Below are positions 39,063 to 51,715 of a stretch of 64,000 bases of DNA, piece by piece. A program made the translations under genes and the position numbers. Below the pieces are notes generated by a model. It saw nothing but the letters and a program-made list of their open reading frames with translations, was not told the DNA's origin and ran no database searches. How positions within the stretch are numbered: position 1 is the first letter of the stretch; every line of letters starts with the position of its first letter. The stretch is from the NCBI GenBank assembly GCA_013239625.1, contig MU054001.1:1119884-1183883 (forward strand). Reading direction: 5' to 3'. The DNA is from Lama guanicoe (lineage: Eukaryota).

Positions 39063-39211
39063 GCTCAAAATTTGGGTGGCCTGGAGAAGAGGGAAAACGG
39101 AGACGACCTCAACTAAAAAGAAGCAAGGAATGCTCAAAATTTGGGTGGCCTAGAGGTCTCCCTGGAGAAGAGGGAAAACGGAGACGACCTCAACTAAAAA
39201 GAAGCAAGGAA
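39063..39211 (+). repeat. Tandem duplication, 68-bp and 80-bp copies
   Basis: Copies 39063-39130 and 39132-39211 are identical except for 12 extra bp (tagaggtctccc) in copy 2. Confidence 0.97.
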
Positions 39212-39289
39212 CGATGTTTTCATTCCTGATCGCTGAATTCACAGCCTCCGAGCACAGCTGCTGTCTCCTCCTTTCATAAACGCATTTCT

Positions 39290-40500
39290 TCCCTCTCCAT
39301 CGGTCACTCCTTCCTCATCTACTTGCTCTGCCTTAAATATCAGAGCCTCCTAGGACTCCATCCGAGACTGTCTTCTCTTCTCACTCTGCCTTGTCTCTCC
39401 AGAGCAGAGTTTCTCAGCCTGGGCACTACTGGCATTTGGGGCTGGATAAATATTGAGGGGCTGCCCTGTACACCGTGAGCTGCTCAGCAGCGTCCCTGGC
39501 CTCTACACACCAGACACCAGCAGCTCTCCATGCACCCGCATGACTGGGGCAATCAAGACTGTCTCCCAGACACAGCCAAATGTCCCCTGGGGGGCAAAAT
39601 TGGCCCTGGTTGAGAACCACTGCTCTAGATGAATTGCTACATCTTTAACTCCTGTTCCTCCGTATTTAATTACCAACTGCACACGTAGATACGGACCATC
39701 TCTCAGAGCTGCTAGTGCTCACACCTCTCTCCCAAGCTTGGCCTTACTTATTATCAGACCATGGAGGTCTCACAAGCGCCTCAAACTGAGCACATTCAAG
39801 AACGAATCTATTAGTTCCTGGACCCCCAAAGTTGCCTCTCTTATCTCAGAAACAGCCCCCAACACGTGTGAGTCATCCATCAGCACCCCCACCCCTCCAA
39901 TCCACTACTACTTTCTGTTAGTTCTGCCTTCTGGCTTTCTCCTGTATCCGTCCCTGCTTCCCATTTTCAGTGTCCCTCCGCCCCCCCGCAAACCAGACCT
40001 TGGTTGTCCTCCTCAGCCTACCCCTGCCCCATCCACATGTGCACAACAATATTCCCCACAGTGATGTGTAAGGATCTGCTCATGGTAGCCTCCCTGCTTC
40101 CTTCTGATCCTCTGGTGGTTTCCCTCTGCTCTTAAAAGAAAGTCTGAATGTCCACCATGGCCGGAGGCTGGCCTGATCTGGTCCTGCAAGCCACGCTCCC
40201 TGGGCTTAAGGCAGTTCACCAGGCGTGGTCACCAGCCCCTCATACATTTGGTTCCACCCACCAGGACTGCCCATCTCTCACTTAACTGACCCCCATTCAC
40301 CCTTAAAGACTCAAATTTTCCCTGAATTAGGTCCCAAGGTGTGCTGATCCTCCCTTCCACCCCTCACCGCTACTGTGACTTACATGGTAGTATTCTGTTT
40401 GCTCCTTTAATTATGAGTCTTCTCTGCTAGGCTCTAAGCTCTGTGACGACAGAGACCCTGGTCGATTCATACACCACCGTCTATACCTGCATCACTGTCT
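39290..40500 (+). mobile_element. L2 LINE fragment interrupted by MER20
   Basis: cttaaatatcagagc...ctcttctcactct; caagcgcctcaaactgagcacattcaagaacgaa; ctctaagctctgtgacgacagagaccctg. Confidence 0.7.
39405..39622. mobile_element. MER20 hAT-Charlie MITE, near full length
   Basis: cagagtttctcagcctgggcactactggcatttgggg...cagcgtccctggcctctac...gtctcccagacacagccaaatgtcccctgggggcaaaat...ggttgagaaccactg, with 8-bp TSD-like flanks ctccagag / ctctagat. Confidence 0.9.
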
Positions 40501-40511
40501 ACACTTGCATT

Positions 40512-40585
40512 GCATTGTTCAATATGGTAGCCACTGAGCACTGGAAATGAGGCAAGTGTGAACTGAGATGTGCTGTGTTAATAAA
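40512..40585. mobile_element. MER3-like MITE fragment
   Basis: gcattgttcaatatggtagccact...gagcactggaaatg...aactgagatgtgctgt. Confidence 0.6.
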
Positions 40586-40609
40586 TGGAACGAGCAAACT
40601 CATCCTCCA

Positions 40610-41120
40610 CGCACATGATCCAACATGCCAATCAGACCTTGTTGCTCTGCTACTTAAAACCCTTCAGGAGCTTCAAGAAGGACTTTGAGCTCCTCACCAC
40701 AGTCTGCAGAGTCCTTCTACCCCAGGATCCCGCCCGGGCTCCAGCCTCAAGTCTCACGCCCCATGGGAACTTCATGGCTCAGCACAGGCTGTTCCTTCTG
40801 CCTGGGTCTACCCTTCCATCCCCTCTCTGCCCAGCTCTCTCTGACTGCTCTTAAAGTCCATCTCCCAAAAGCCATCCTTGAGTCCCATGGGACAAGGAAG
40901 AGGCCCTACTGGATTACAAATCATTCATTCATTCCCTGCATTAGCTCCTGGGGATCCAATAGTGATGAGGAAAGATGCTTTCTATCCTCTGGGAGCTTAC
41001 AGACCGGCTCCCTCATCAGACTCTGGGCTCCTGACAGCGAACACGTCTTTTATCTCTGAAACCCCATCTGTAGCCCGGAGCCTGATATAGGTCTCAGCCA
41101 TCATAAATGTTTTCACAGAT
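40610..41120 (+). mobile_element. L2 3' fragments
   Basis: ctacttaaaacccttcagg...ggctgttccttctgcctgg...cataaatgtttt. Confidence 0.55.
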
Positions 41121-43498
41121 AACAAAATCTCGTCCACCCTGATGCCGCGGGTCTCCCGAGAAAGCATTCACAGGCAGGTGAGCGCCATTCACGCCTCAGC
41201 CTGGGATGCTTACTGACCCCCTTCCCGATGCCCCTGGGGAGAGGGGTCGGCTCAGCCCCGGAGTTACCAGTTAGGCCAGCATTTGCTCAGGGATTACTGG
41301 GCCCCTTCCAGGAGGGGATTACCTTGTGTCCAAGCCCACCGGGCATGGGAACAGCCCTCCAAATATTTGCTGAGAGTTCCTGACCTTTACCTCCCGTCCC
41401 CCAGCCCCAGGGGGCGGGCGCGTGATCTGCGCAGCTGCGGGCTGACCGGCAGCTCCGGACTCCTCCCTCCGCCTTTCTCCCTGCCGACTCCCAGCCATCC
41501 CTTGGGTATTCAAACCAGGCCTGGCTGCCAGGGCAGTGCCTCTGCTGAGTCACTCTTCCTATTAAATAGGGAGGCAGGATCCTCCCCCTGTTGACTCTAA
41601 GACCATTAATGCCCTGGGTGGCATCACTTTAATCTGTGCTCTTGAAGCCAACCGCTGTCACAGGTGCCTGGCTGGGAGGACACCGCTTATATTAAAGCTC
41701 AGGATGGAGGGGAAAGCAGCTCTGGCCAGCAGCAGTGCAGCTGGGGAACTCAGGGAAAGATGAGCCCATGACGGCACATCTGGAATGAGACACAGGATGT
41801 GGAGGGGATGGCTGTGGCTTCTGAAAGTTCAAAATTTCCCCCAACTCCCCCTCATCAAGATGAGCCACTCAGCTAGACCAAAGACATTGCATGAGGTTCT
41901 CCACAATGTTGGGATTCTTCCTGCAGGCAGAGCCAAGGGGACAGGGCAACAAGGTCATTGCTTACTAAGAGGCAAACCAGAAGAGGACCAGGCCGGGCAG
42001 AGTCTCAGAGAGACACCCCCATCCTCTCCAGGCTACAGGTGAAGAGAAGGGTTGACCGGAAGGAGGGAAGAGGCTTCCCTGGAGGGGAGGAGACCTCCAG
42101 GAAGAAGACAGCAAACGGGAAGATGCAGGGAAGGCTCAGGGGTCACGGGACTTCTGTGGGACAAAAGGCCCCACAGCAGGCGTCATCATTCTGGAGAGAG
42201 AAAGGCTGAAGGCAGACGGAATCGAAGGGTGAAGCATCCAAAAACATGTGTCTGGGTGAATACCAGCCCTGCTTGCCGGGACCACGGGGAGGGCCCCCCT
42301 GAGGCTGGAAGAGATTGTATGGGGTCAGATAAAAGCAAGCGTTACCTGCATGAGGTAATGCTGGGGAGCTTTGCCACAACCTCCCCCAAATTGTTATGTA
42401 TCTCTGCTACACTGAAAAGGGTCTGATTGTAAATGGAGCTGCAGTTATGGGGAGACCTCCAGGGAGGTACCTGGGGAGTAAAAGATGGTGTGTCTTGCTT
42501 TCCTACTAGGCAGGCAGGCGGGCCTCGCCAACAGAGGGGGCTCAGACTCTGGTGATGGCTCCAAAGTGATGTGAGGAATGCTTTCATAGACCCCCCCCAT
42601 GCCAGCAGCCCCACCTTTGGCCGCAAGACTGACATTTCTACAGCGGGGTATGAAGGGCTGGCAGACACCGTCTCATGTGCCATCCCCTCCCTCCCACCCG
42701 CAGGCTGGCTTCCCTGAGTCTCTTAGAAACGACCATGACAGCATCAGAAAAGAAAAGAGGGGAACGTAGCAAGCCTTTCCCAGGAGCAGAGCAGAGACAC
42801 CAAACTCTCAGCTCTCCGAGGAGGGCCATGGTGCCCAGGGAAAGATGAGCCCAAAGGCTAACTCCTTCACAGGAGAGCAGATAGAATTCCGACGAGCCCC
42901 AGGCCCGGAGTGGTGTTGGCAGGAAGAAATTAACAGGTACAAGGAGGCCATGGGCATGATTCCAGTGACAAAGCCGGGCTCGGCACCAGGGGAGGCTAGG
43001 CTCTGCCCCGCCTGTGAAGTTAGGCTCAGACGAGCCATGGGCCTCCCAGGAGAAAGCACTCTCTAGCTCCCAGTCTCTCGGCCCCATGGCCACTTCCTCC
43101 AGGAGGTCCTCTGGGACTGTTTCTCTTCCCACCTGCAGTCAGGGTCTCACCATCATTGGCTTTCCGGGACTCGGCTGTGACCTCCCCGGGATTCATCTCA
43201 GTTTGTGATGACACACGGTTGAGTACATTTATTCAGTGACTGAATCTTGCATTGGCCCCATGGGGACAGGAACCGTGGGGGTTTTGTTCTGTATTCTCAG
43301 AGCCATCACATACCTGGATGTATTTGTTGGGTGAACAAGGTCTTGGTAGCGACAAGGGTCAAGGCTCCAATCCAGGTGGTGTTTTCAGCCTAGTGAAGAC
43401 CCAGCTTAGACTATGCCATGAGGCCAAATTCCCCTCCTGTGAAGACCCTTCTTCAAAGGTGGGATTTTCTTCTCAGGCCCTTCTCATCAGGCCCTTTT

Positions 43499-43604
43499 TT
43501 CTTTTCTTTTCTTTTTTTAAGTGGAGGTGCTGGGGATTGAACCCAGGACCTTATGCATGCAAAGCAGGTGCTCTACCACTGAGCTACGCCCTCCCCACCT
43601 TCCC
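43499..43604 (-). mobile_element. Vic-1-like SINE with TSD
   Basis: T-tail plus tggaggtgctggggattgaacccaggacc...ctctaccactgagctac; flanking caggccctttt at 43488-43498 and 43605-43615. Confidence 0.9.
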
Positions 43605-44694
43605 CAGGCCCTTTTACCAACCCACTTCCCTGCCCACAAACGAGGGGAGGAGATCACCTTTTCCCACGGGCTAGAGGCGGGGGTCTTTCTCTCCAAGTAT
43701 GCTGGTCCCCCTCGTCTGGCCACCACGTCCCCACGATGCCCAACAGAGGTGTCTTATTTTTTTTTCTTCCTTTGTGCACAGGTTACAGGAGGGCCAGAAG
43801 CTGGAGGCCCTGCCAGGGCTGAGGCTCAGCGCCTCTCATAATGGGAGGTCAAATGAAATGAAAACCCACCTCCCTAGCCCCATCATCTGAATTCCTACAT
43901 TGGCTATGACATGGCTAAGGGGAAAATATTGGATTTATTTTTATGAGTTAGTCATCACCCTAAGGCCCTTAAGAGGAACCACACGAAGTGAATCCATTCA
44001 GAAGGTCAGAAGGTCATCGCTAACTTGTAAAAATAAATCCAATATTTTTCACTCTGTCTTATTAGATTTATATGATGCAGACATCCAAGGGAGGTTCTTT
44101 TTTTTTTTTTTTAATGGTCATTTTCCAGTTCTAGTTAGAGTATTTCTTTCTCGCCTCAACCAAATACCCAGTTCATCTCCAGGCTTCTGATGATTGCCTG
44201 GCTGTCTGGCAATTTCTCAATTTTTTTTTTAAGAATGTATTTTGAAATGAGTCCCTGCAAATCTTCACATCTCTTTCCATCATTCCACCTCTACAGAGAT
44301 GAGCACCAATGTTTCTGGGCCGAAGTAGCCAAACATGGAGGCTGGATATAACTGAAAGTACTTGACAGGTGATACCCACCTCATAGGCTCAAAAATTCAC
44401 TTTTTATCTGGAAAAAAAAAAAGGCAGGAGTGTAGGATCCATGGACTCACTGTCATTACCCAGGAAACCAACTGTGCCACCCACCTGCTGTCCCTCAAGT
44501 TCCCAGGTTGCTTCTGTCTTGGCCAGCATCACTCAAATGACAGTAAGGAGTTACCACTTATCAGCAAGTTTACGGGAAAGTCCATCCCTCTCCTGGGTGT
44601 GTGCTCAAGCTCACTCCCCTTTCTTCTCTTTCCTTCCTTACTGTCTGCACGCTTACTTCCTCTAGCGAGAGTTTGACATTTAATCATAACTGTT

Positions 44695-45056
44695 TTCTGT
44701 TCCCAAAACCAGCTCGGGCTGCTATAACAAATTACCATGGGCTGGGTGGCTCCCACAAGACAAATCCATTTTCCTCCAGTCCTGGAGGCTGCAAGGCCAA
44801 GGTCAAGGTGGCAGCGGATTTGGTTTTACGAGACCTCTCTCCTGGGCTTGTAGATGGCTGCCCTCACATGGTCTTTTTCTTTTTCTCTTTGACTGATGAG
44901 AGTCACACTGGAGGAGGGCCCACCCTAAAGACGTCATTTTCACTGAATCACCTCTTTAAAGACTCTGCCTCCAAACAGAGTCACATTCTGAGGCTGGGGG
45001 TTAGGGCTTCAACTTAGGAATGGAGGAGAGAGGGGGACAAAATCCAGCTCGTAACA
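44695..45056 (-). mobile_element. MLT1A/B-like solo LTR
   Basis: gggctgctataacaaattaccatgggctgggtggct...cagtcctggaggctg...gggcccaccctaaagac...gtcacattctgaggctgggggttagggcttcaac...taaca. Confidence 0.85.
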
Positions 45057-45924
45057 CCCTCCCAAGACAGACACTAAGCTTTCTAAGGCCGAGGAGGCTC
45101 TGTCTTCAGATGGCTTTCCTGTCCCTCGCAGTACTCCGCTTACAACTCAGCGCAGACGGGGCTTCGCAGAGACTTGAGGAGTTAACACTCAGCAGTGAGA
45201 GGGCGAGGATGCGCGGATTATCTTTAAGGCACATGACTGTCCAGTAACCATCATTCTTGTTATTTCATAGCCGCACTTCATATTTTATCCGTGTGCCCAT
45301 GTCCACACATGTTACCCTCTCACGGACCACTTTTCTCTATCAGAGACACGTTGGACAGAAAACGCAGGAATGGCGTTGACCGTGATCTTAATCTGCTGAT
45401 TACGAATGGTGGGAACCATCATAGCCCCCGTGGTTTATTTGTGTTTCAACCCCTTTTTTGAAGCTGAAATTGCAAATTATTGTGTATTCTCAGGAGAAAA
45501 GCCATCAGTGTGAATTTCCAAGGCCACTTTGCCTCCTGTGAGACTTACCTAGAGCCAGTGCGATCGGCCCCACTGGGCTGGACGTGTCTCTGCTCCCCTG
45601 GAGAGTGTGAACAGTCATGTTGTCACAGGACCCTCTGGCCTGGCGGCCCCACCTCTTGTCTCCCATTCCTTCTCAGTGATGAAGAGGCTGGAGAACGCTG
45701 GTTAGGCCAGGGGGCTTGGAGGAAAGTGAGTTCTGGAATTCTCCAGAATCCATTAACTAGTGCTTTAAATTCTTATCGCTGTAAGCTTCATTTGCCCTCA
45801 GGAATATATCTTTATGCGAGAAGTAAGCTGCTCTCAGAGCGGTGTGATTTTAAGGGTCCTCCTGCACCCAGAATATTCAGCATGCTTCAGAATTCCACCA
45901 TCAAAGCCACTCCTTTGATTCAAG

Positions 45925-46280
45925 GAAACCTTTTTCAAAGTGTGCTCTGTGGAACATTAGGTTCATATAAATCACTATCTTGAGGTGAGAAGGGAGGGAG
46001 GCGGGTAAGAAAGAGTTCTCTAAGGAAAGGGAGAGAGACTGCATTTTCTTTTCCACATTGTCCTCCTAGCTCCTAGCATGAGGCCTGCCACGTTGGACAG
46101 ACAATCAATCTCTATAGAGCGATTGTCTCACTGGCCAGATAAGTTTGGGAAACACCAGACGAAAGCCAACATTAAGTGAGTTTGCTTTATCTTGGGCCTT
46201 TGCAGAGCTTCCGTGAAAGGATGTTCCTGCGGGATGCCGAGAGAGGGGGCTTCTCTGTAAACATATTTATTTGCATCTAA
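45925..46280. mobile_element. hAT-Charlie-like MITE remnant, possibly interrupted by an L2 3' tip
   Basis: ttttcaaagtgtgctctgtggaacattaggtt and ataagtttgggaaacac. Confidence 0.45.
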
Positions 46281-48550
46281 TATTCCCAAATGCAGTTAAC
46301 CGCCAGATCAAGATGCTCTTGTTCTACAGCGGAGGAGTTTGATCAATGAAGAGCTTCCTGGGCGGTGCTGAAGGAGAACACTAAAAAGCGCTGATAAAAA
46401 CGGCCTTTGTGGGGACTGAGAAGCCGCTGTGTGGTCGGGGAACCTGGAGGTTTGGGAAGCCCATCTGAGGGATATGCTGACGGGAAATGCTGTCTCTGGA
46501 AGTTACCTGATTGAACGTGTTTTGGTTGCATCAGAGGTGGGCAGAGAACAGAGTGTTTCAGAGGATGCTGATTTGCGTGGATACATCCCTGGGTCCCCAG
46601 CAGGTGTCCAGGGCAGGTAAATCTTCATGGGATGGGAGAATGAGCGGGAAGTGGGGAAGGATGCGGAAGGAGGGGAGCCAGCAGAGCTGAGAATTGGGGT
46701 TGGTGGAGCCGGAGAGATGGGTGAGGGTGAGGAGTTGGGGCCCCAAGAAACCCTAAAGACAGGTCATATATTGTCGCGACGACCAAGCCCCAACCTCCCT
46801 GCTCCCTGGTGCCACCAAATCAATTCGACCTCATCACCAAGAAGCTAAGTCCATTCTTTTCATTCTGGAAAAAGACAGAGAGACAGAGAGAAAGAGAGAC
46901 AGGACAGCTCCCATCTCTCAGAGCTTCAATTCAGCCCTCCCTTTGATGAGCTGCCGGCATGAAGTGCACAAAAACAAGAGCAATTTAAAACTCGGGAAAC
47001 TCGGCTTTCAATAATTCCCCGCTAGGTTTCCGGCTGCAGAAGAGTAAATAACACATCGGCTACAAACGCTGGGAGCAAAATCGCCAATAACGGCTCCATG
47101 CTTATGATAACTTTCCCAATTTTCTGCAATCTCCACCGCTTCTCTCTTGACTTGGGGTCTGTATCAGATTTTTTTTCTCTTTATTGAACATCTGCCTTGG
47201 GAGCCACTGTCACAAAAAGTAATAAACACATCAATCCAAAAGAAAAAGAGAGGATTGTGCAGTCCAAACTACTTAACCAATCAAATTGGCAGCTGGAGGG
47301 ATGAAATGGAGGGGTGAGAGCTAAGAGACCCACTTCTAGAGAACGTTTCTAATGATGGTTCCCACCCGCGGCAGAAGGTGTACCCAAACTGCACCAGGGC
47401 TGCCGAATAAGTTAATTGCAGTTTTCTAACACTAATTATAGACTGCAACCTTTTTTGATATCTCAAGCCCTGGGATTAATTTGTAAGTCTTTCATTCAGC
47501 CAAAATTTGACAGCTCTTACTTTGCCTCTGCCTCCTCCAAAATATAAGAGAACAAGGGGGAGGATCTGTCTTGGAATAAAGAATTCCTTTCCTTATAAAA
47601 TAAATCCAAACAATCATATCGCCTCTCAAATTCTTACCTGTGCATCCTGCAAACGTGTACTAGAGAGGGCAATTATGATGTTCACTTGTCCCTGAAGGTC
47701 CCCCCTCCCCACCCAAATAACAACAACAAAAAAATTATGCTTGAAAGGGAAACAAAAGCAATTTATGTTTTCCAGTTATCGTCCCAGAAATAGCCAAAGA
47801 TTACTTGCATACCGAGCAGATGAAATCAAATCTTTCACTACTGCTTAAAAAAAAATCCTATTACAAATCACATTTAACTCAGGTGTGTATAGTTTGCTCG
47901 TTCTTATCCAATTGTAAATTAGACCAGGGCTGCCTGTTGGGAGGGAAAAGTGGCTTTTGAAACATGTCTTATTGACTGGGTATAAATTACCTGCAGCAGA
48001 TTTGTGAAGCAAATTTGAAGCAGGAGATGCCTTCAGGCAACATTGTATTGATTGCAGATTGATATTCAGCTGATTTTTAAGGTGAAAAATAAATATTGTT
48101 TTAGCAGCAATTTAATTAACAAATCATCGCACAAATGGTGAGAATGTTGTGTTGTCTAATACAGGGATTTAAGCTTTTTTTTTTTAACAATTATCTGATA
48201 AGTGCTTAGTTTCCCCTGTAGATTAATTGTCTTTAGTTGTCACTCCAAGTCTCTCTGTGAATCCGCATAAAGTAAAATAATGGTTAGGGGCTCCCCGTTC
48301 ATTTTTCTTTAGACTCTAGGAGTGAGACCTCTCCCTGCTCCTGAATGAAATGAACACGCTTCTCTTTAGCCCTGGCAGAATCTGAGTTGTGCTGTTTTTA
48401 GCAGGACCCTTGTGAGACAAGTGGAAACCGGAGGGAATTGGGACGCCCAGCTGTCAAGGCAGCTCTGGCCTCAAGTTGTCACATGACCTTGGGCAGATCA
48501 CTTGACTTCTCCTGGCACGGGTTCCTTCGTGGCTTAGATCATCCCTAAAG

Positions 48551-48735
48551 TACTGGTGTCCTGATAAACAAGCAGCTGTGTGCGGGGGAAGGCCCTGGAC
48601 TGGTAGTGTCTGCCAGTTCCCATGGTGTCAATACTCCCGCTGTTGCTGATTTCAAGCTGCCAGTTTGACGTTACTGACTGCAGAGTTGGGATGAGATGCC
48701 TCAAGCCACCTCCAGCCAGCTCTAGCTGACCACTG
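48551..48735 (-). mobile_element. MER63A-like hAT MITE inside a MIR-like remnant
   Basis: catggtgtcaatactccc...gctgatttcaagctgcca...gcagagttgggatgagatg...ctctagctgaccactg; flanks ccctaaag / cccctaag. Confidence 0.75.
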
Positions 48736-49089
48736 CCCCTAAGATCCCTTCTAGTTCAAGAATTCCATCACTTTACGAATGTAACATATAGAAATGGCTC
48801 ACCAGCTTTCAGAGAAGGAATAAGAACAATTTTTTAAATGTGCATACACAAGAAGAGAACTATACCTTTCTGTTCTGATAATTCAGAAATTATTTCAAAA
48901 CCTCCAGTATAACAGGGTTATAATGAATATCAATATGATTTCTCATTAACAGGATGTTTAGAATACCCAGCTTTTCCCATTTTGTTCTGTTAGAGGGAAA
49001 AAAAGCAAGACATCAGCAAAATCATCTAATATGGAGACAATGTCTCTAAGGGTTTCCAGAAGTCCTCCAATGAACTGATTTTTTTACAT

Positions 49090-49560
49090 GTCTTTTTTCA
49101 TTTAATTCCAAAGAACTATATGAGCATTGAAGAGAATACAGGTGAATTCGGGAAAGCAAAACATCTCTGTAATTACCTTACCCAGAGATTAACATATTGG
49201 TATATTATCATTCAATTATTTCTCTTTCCTGCTTCTCTCTTACACACATGCACTTATATATTCTACTTCAACAAAAATGAGATCAAGCAAGGTTTTGTGA
49301 CTTTTTACTTGCTAAACAATGAAAATATTACCATGTCATTAAATATCCCTGCATTATATTTAAAGGCTGCATCACCAAGCTTTAATCAATCAATCAAGCA
49401 GTCCTTTATTTTTGGACCTCTTCCAGTTACAGGGTAATGTTAAGACCACAGTGTATTCAGCATCCTGGACTGAATCTTTGAACACAGCCGTAATGATTGC
49501 TGACGAATCAATTTCAAGAACAGGAGATGCTGCATCTACTAAGGTACTTATTAAAAATAA
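49090..49560 (-). mobile_element. Old L1 (L1ME-like) fragment
   Basis: cttacccagagattaacat...tttaaaggctgcat...atttcaagaacaggagatgctg. Confidence 0.5.
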
Positions 49561-49919
49561 AGATCACACTTGTCACTGAAAGAAACCTGTTATCCTTAAC
49601 TCTATGAGATCAGAGAACACCCATGGGCTAGGGACAGGCCCAACGTTGGTTGAATGATGGCGTATGGTTTTATTTTGTTTCTCCATAACGATGACTATAA
49701 ACATGGGGGAAGGGGCCACGAGACCAGTTCTTCATCCCTCTTCCCGTTTTGGAGAGGCTGCCTAGGAGGAAAGTGGAGGAAACCTTGACAAAAGCCCACA
49801 CAACTGTCCTTGCTTGGAGGGGAGAGGGCAGGAAGGGCTGGCCTCCTGCTAATGGGCAGAGAGGGCTCCGCACACTTTAGAAGCTCCTGCAGGGCTGAGA
49901 AAACGGCTACCTGAAGGGC

Positions 49920-51090
49920 ATTAGAAACCCATCTCTTGCCATATAGAAAATTTCTGATTTGCTTTTTCAACAATATTCAGAGGACGGTGAATCCAGGAAC
50001 TAGAGCAAGCAAGATGACAAAGAAACTATCTGAGATAAGGGAAGAGTGAATGGAGAGAAAACACAATTGATTAATTAAAAACCATCATCTGAACAGCAGG
50101 TTGGATACTGCAGAAAATCAATTTAATGAGGTAAAAGACAAATTCAAGACATTTTCTATTATACACATGGGAAAGTTTGAGAGAGACCGATTTATAGTGA
50201 CAGAGAAAAATGATCAAAGATGTATTTGAAAAACTTCAAGACTGCCACTAATAGAACAAAAATGGGGTATGTCCTAAATGTTTTAATAATGAGAAGAAAT
50301 TAAACTTTTTTTTTATAAAAAGGATGGGAAAATCAAATTAGCCTAAAAAACCCCAAAATAACAGAAAACCAAACATTAGTCATAATATATAAATAGATTA
50401 GCTATGAAATACAAAATCAGATAAATGAGTCAAACTCTGTTAAATTCAGAGATTCTCAGAGTAAAAAAAAAAGTGCTATTTAATTAGATAATCCTAAAAC
50501 AAAAGGATTCAAGAATATTAAATAAGGATATAAAATTTTTGAATAATATAATAAGGTTGATTTAATACATACATAACAAATTGTACTCCCTACAAAGGAA
50601 GACAATCTTATTTTAAATTTTCCATAGAATATTTGCAAGAATTATCTTTTAACTTCCAAGGATGACCTTCATCAATTCAAAAAAATGTGTATAGTTTGCA
50701 GACTAAGAATAAGCCCAACAATGATCTCCCCTTCATTTCCAAGATTCTGTAGAAATTTTTGAAAAACACCTAAGAATAAGGGACAATCTATAGCTGTCCT
50801 AGGAAACTGAGAAGAATGCAACTCAATGGACTGATGGACTCAAGTTTGAAAGAACTTCCAGAAGCTGCAGAAATAGAAGTGAAAGATACTCCAATCAGTG
50901 ACAAAGAGCCTGCCTTTAATGGCAAGTGTGGAGGAACCCTGAGAAGAATCTCAACACTCAAGGGGTCCAGCAGGACCTCTAATACCAGAAGGGCAGCGTT
51001 CAGGATGAGGACGGCCCAGGAGTGGCCGACGAGGCATCCGAGCACAGTCCTCTTTAAGATTCTTAAGACAGTTCAGCCACTTCCAGTGAT
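49920..51090 (+). mobile_element. Highly decayed L1M/HAL1 ORF1-ORF2 region
   Basis: A-rich strand; acagcaggttggatactgcagaaaatcaatttaatgaggtaaaagacaa resembles ORF1; gaaagaacttccagaa and ...tctttaagattct resemble the ORF1 C-terminal part. Confidence 0.5.
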
Positions 51091-51489
51091 GTGAAATTGA
51101 TGTCCCCTTCTGTGGTCTCAGGGGCTCCCTGTGGCCCCTGGGCTCTGGCCCCTTGCCTTGTAAGCAAATCAAAATATTGGGTGGTAAAGACCCACAGAAA
51201 AGTCATCACTGTGTAATATTTTTTTCAAAGCATGAATTTGTCACAGTCCCCGGATAAAAAATGCAGCATCTTCATTCTCAGATTCCAAAATCCTGAGTTT
51301 AGAAATTTTTAAAAAGAGTTGGAGGTGGGAGGTGGGAATGGGAATGGAAAGTCAAACCATATCTCCATTTTGAAAGTGAAGTCAACCCAGTTTTCTCATT
51401 TTCTTTTTTGTTTGTTTGTTTTTCCAAGAAAAATAAATATCTAGGCATGCTTTTTGAGTTGTTTTCAAATTCATTGAGTAAAAATCATA

Positions 51490-51715
51490 CAGTCTAGTGT
51501 TTTACAAAGTGCTTTGAGACATACGTCATTTCACTTGCCCCTCATACTGACCCTTTTAATTTGGTAGCCCAGGAATAATTATGCCCATTTAATGGATGAT
51601 CTATGGAAAAATTGAGGCCCAGAGAAATTAAGTGGTTTGCTCGGAGTCATGGAGGGATGGAGCTGACTCTTGAGTCCAGAACTTCTGATTCTAAGTCCTT
51701 CACCAATGACCATAA
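51490..51715 (-). mobile_element. MIR SINE
   Basis: tttacaaagtgcttt...ggaaaaattgaggcccagagaaattaagtggtttgctcggagtca...cttctgattctaagtcc. Confidence 0.75.

Noticed and set aside
39063..39211. CRISPR-like repeat array
   Set aside because: There are only two long adjacent copies, with no spacers and no cas genes, in a mammalian context.
50816..51094. 92-aa ATG-initiated ORF
   Set aside because: It lies in decayed L1/HAL1-like sequence, with no support for an exapted gene.
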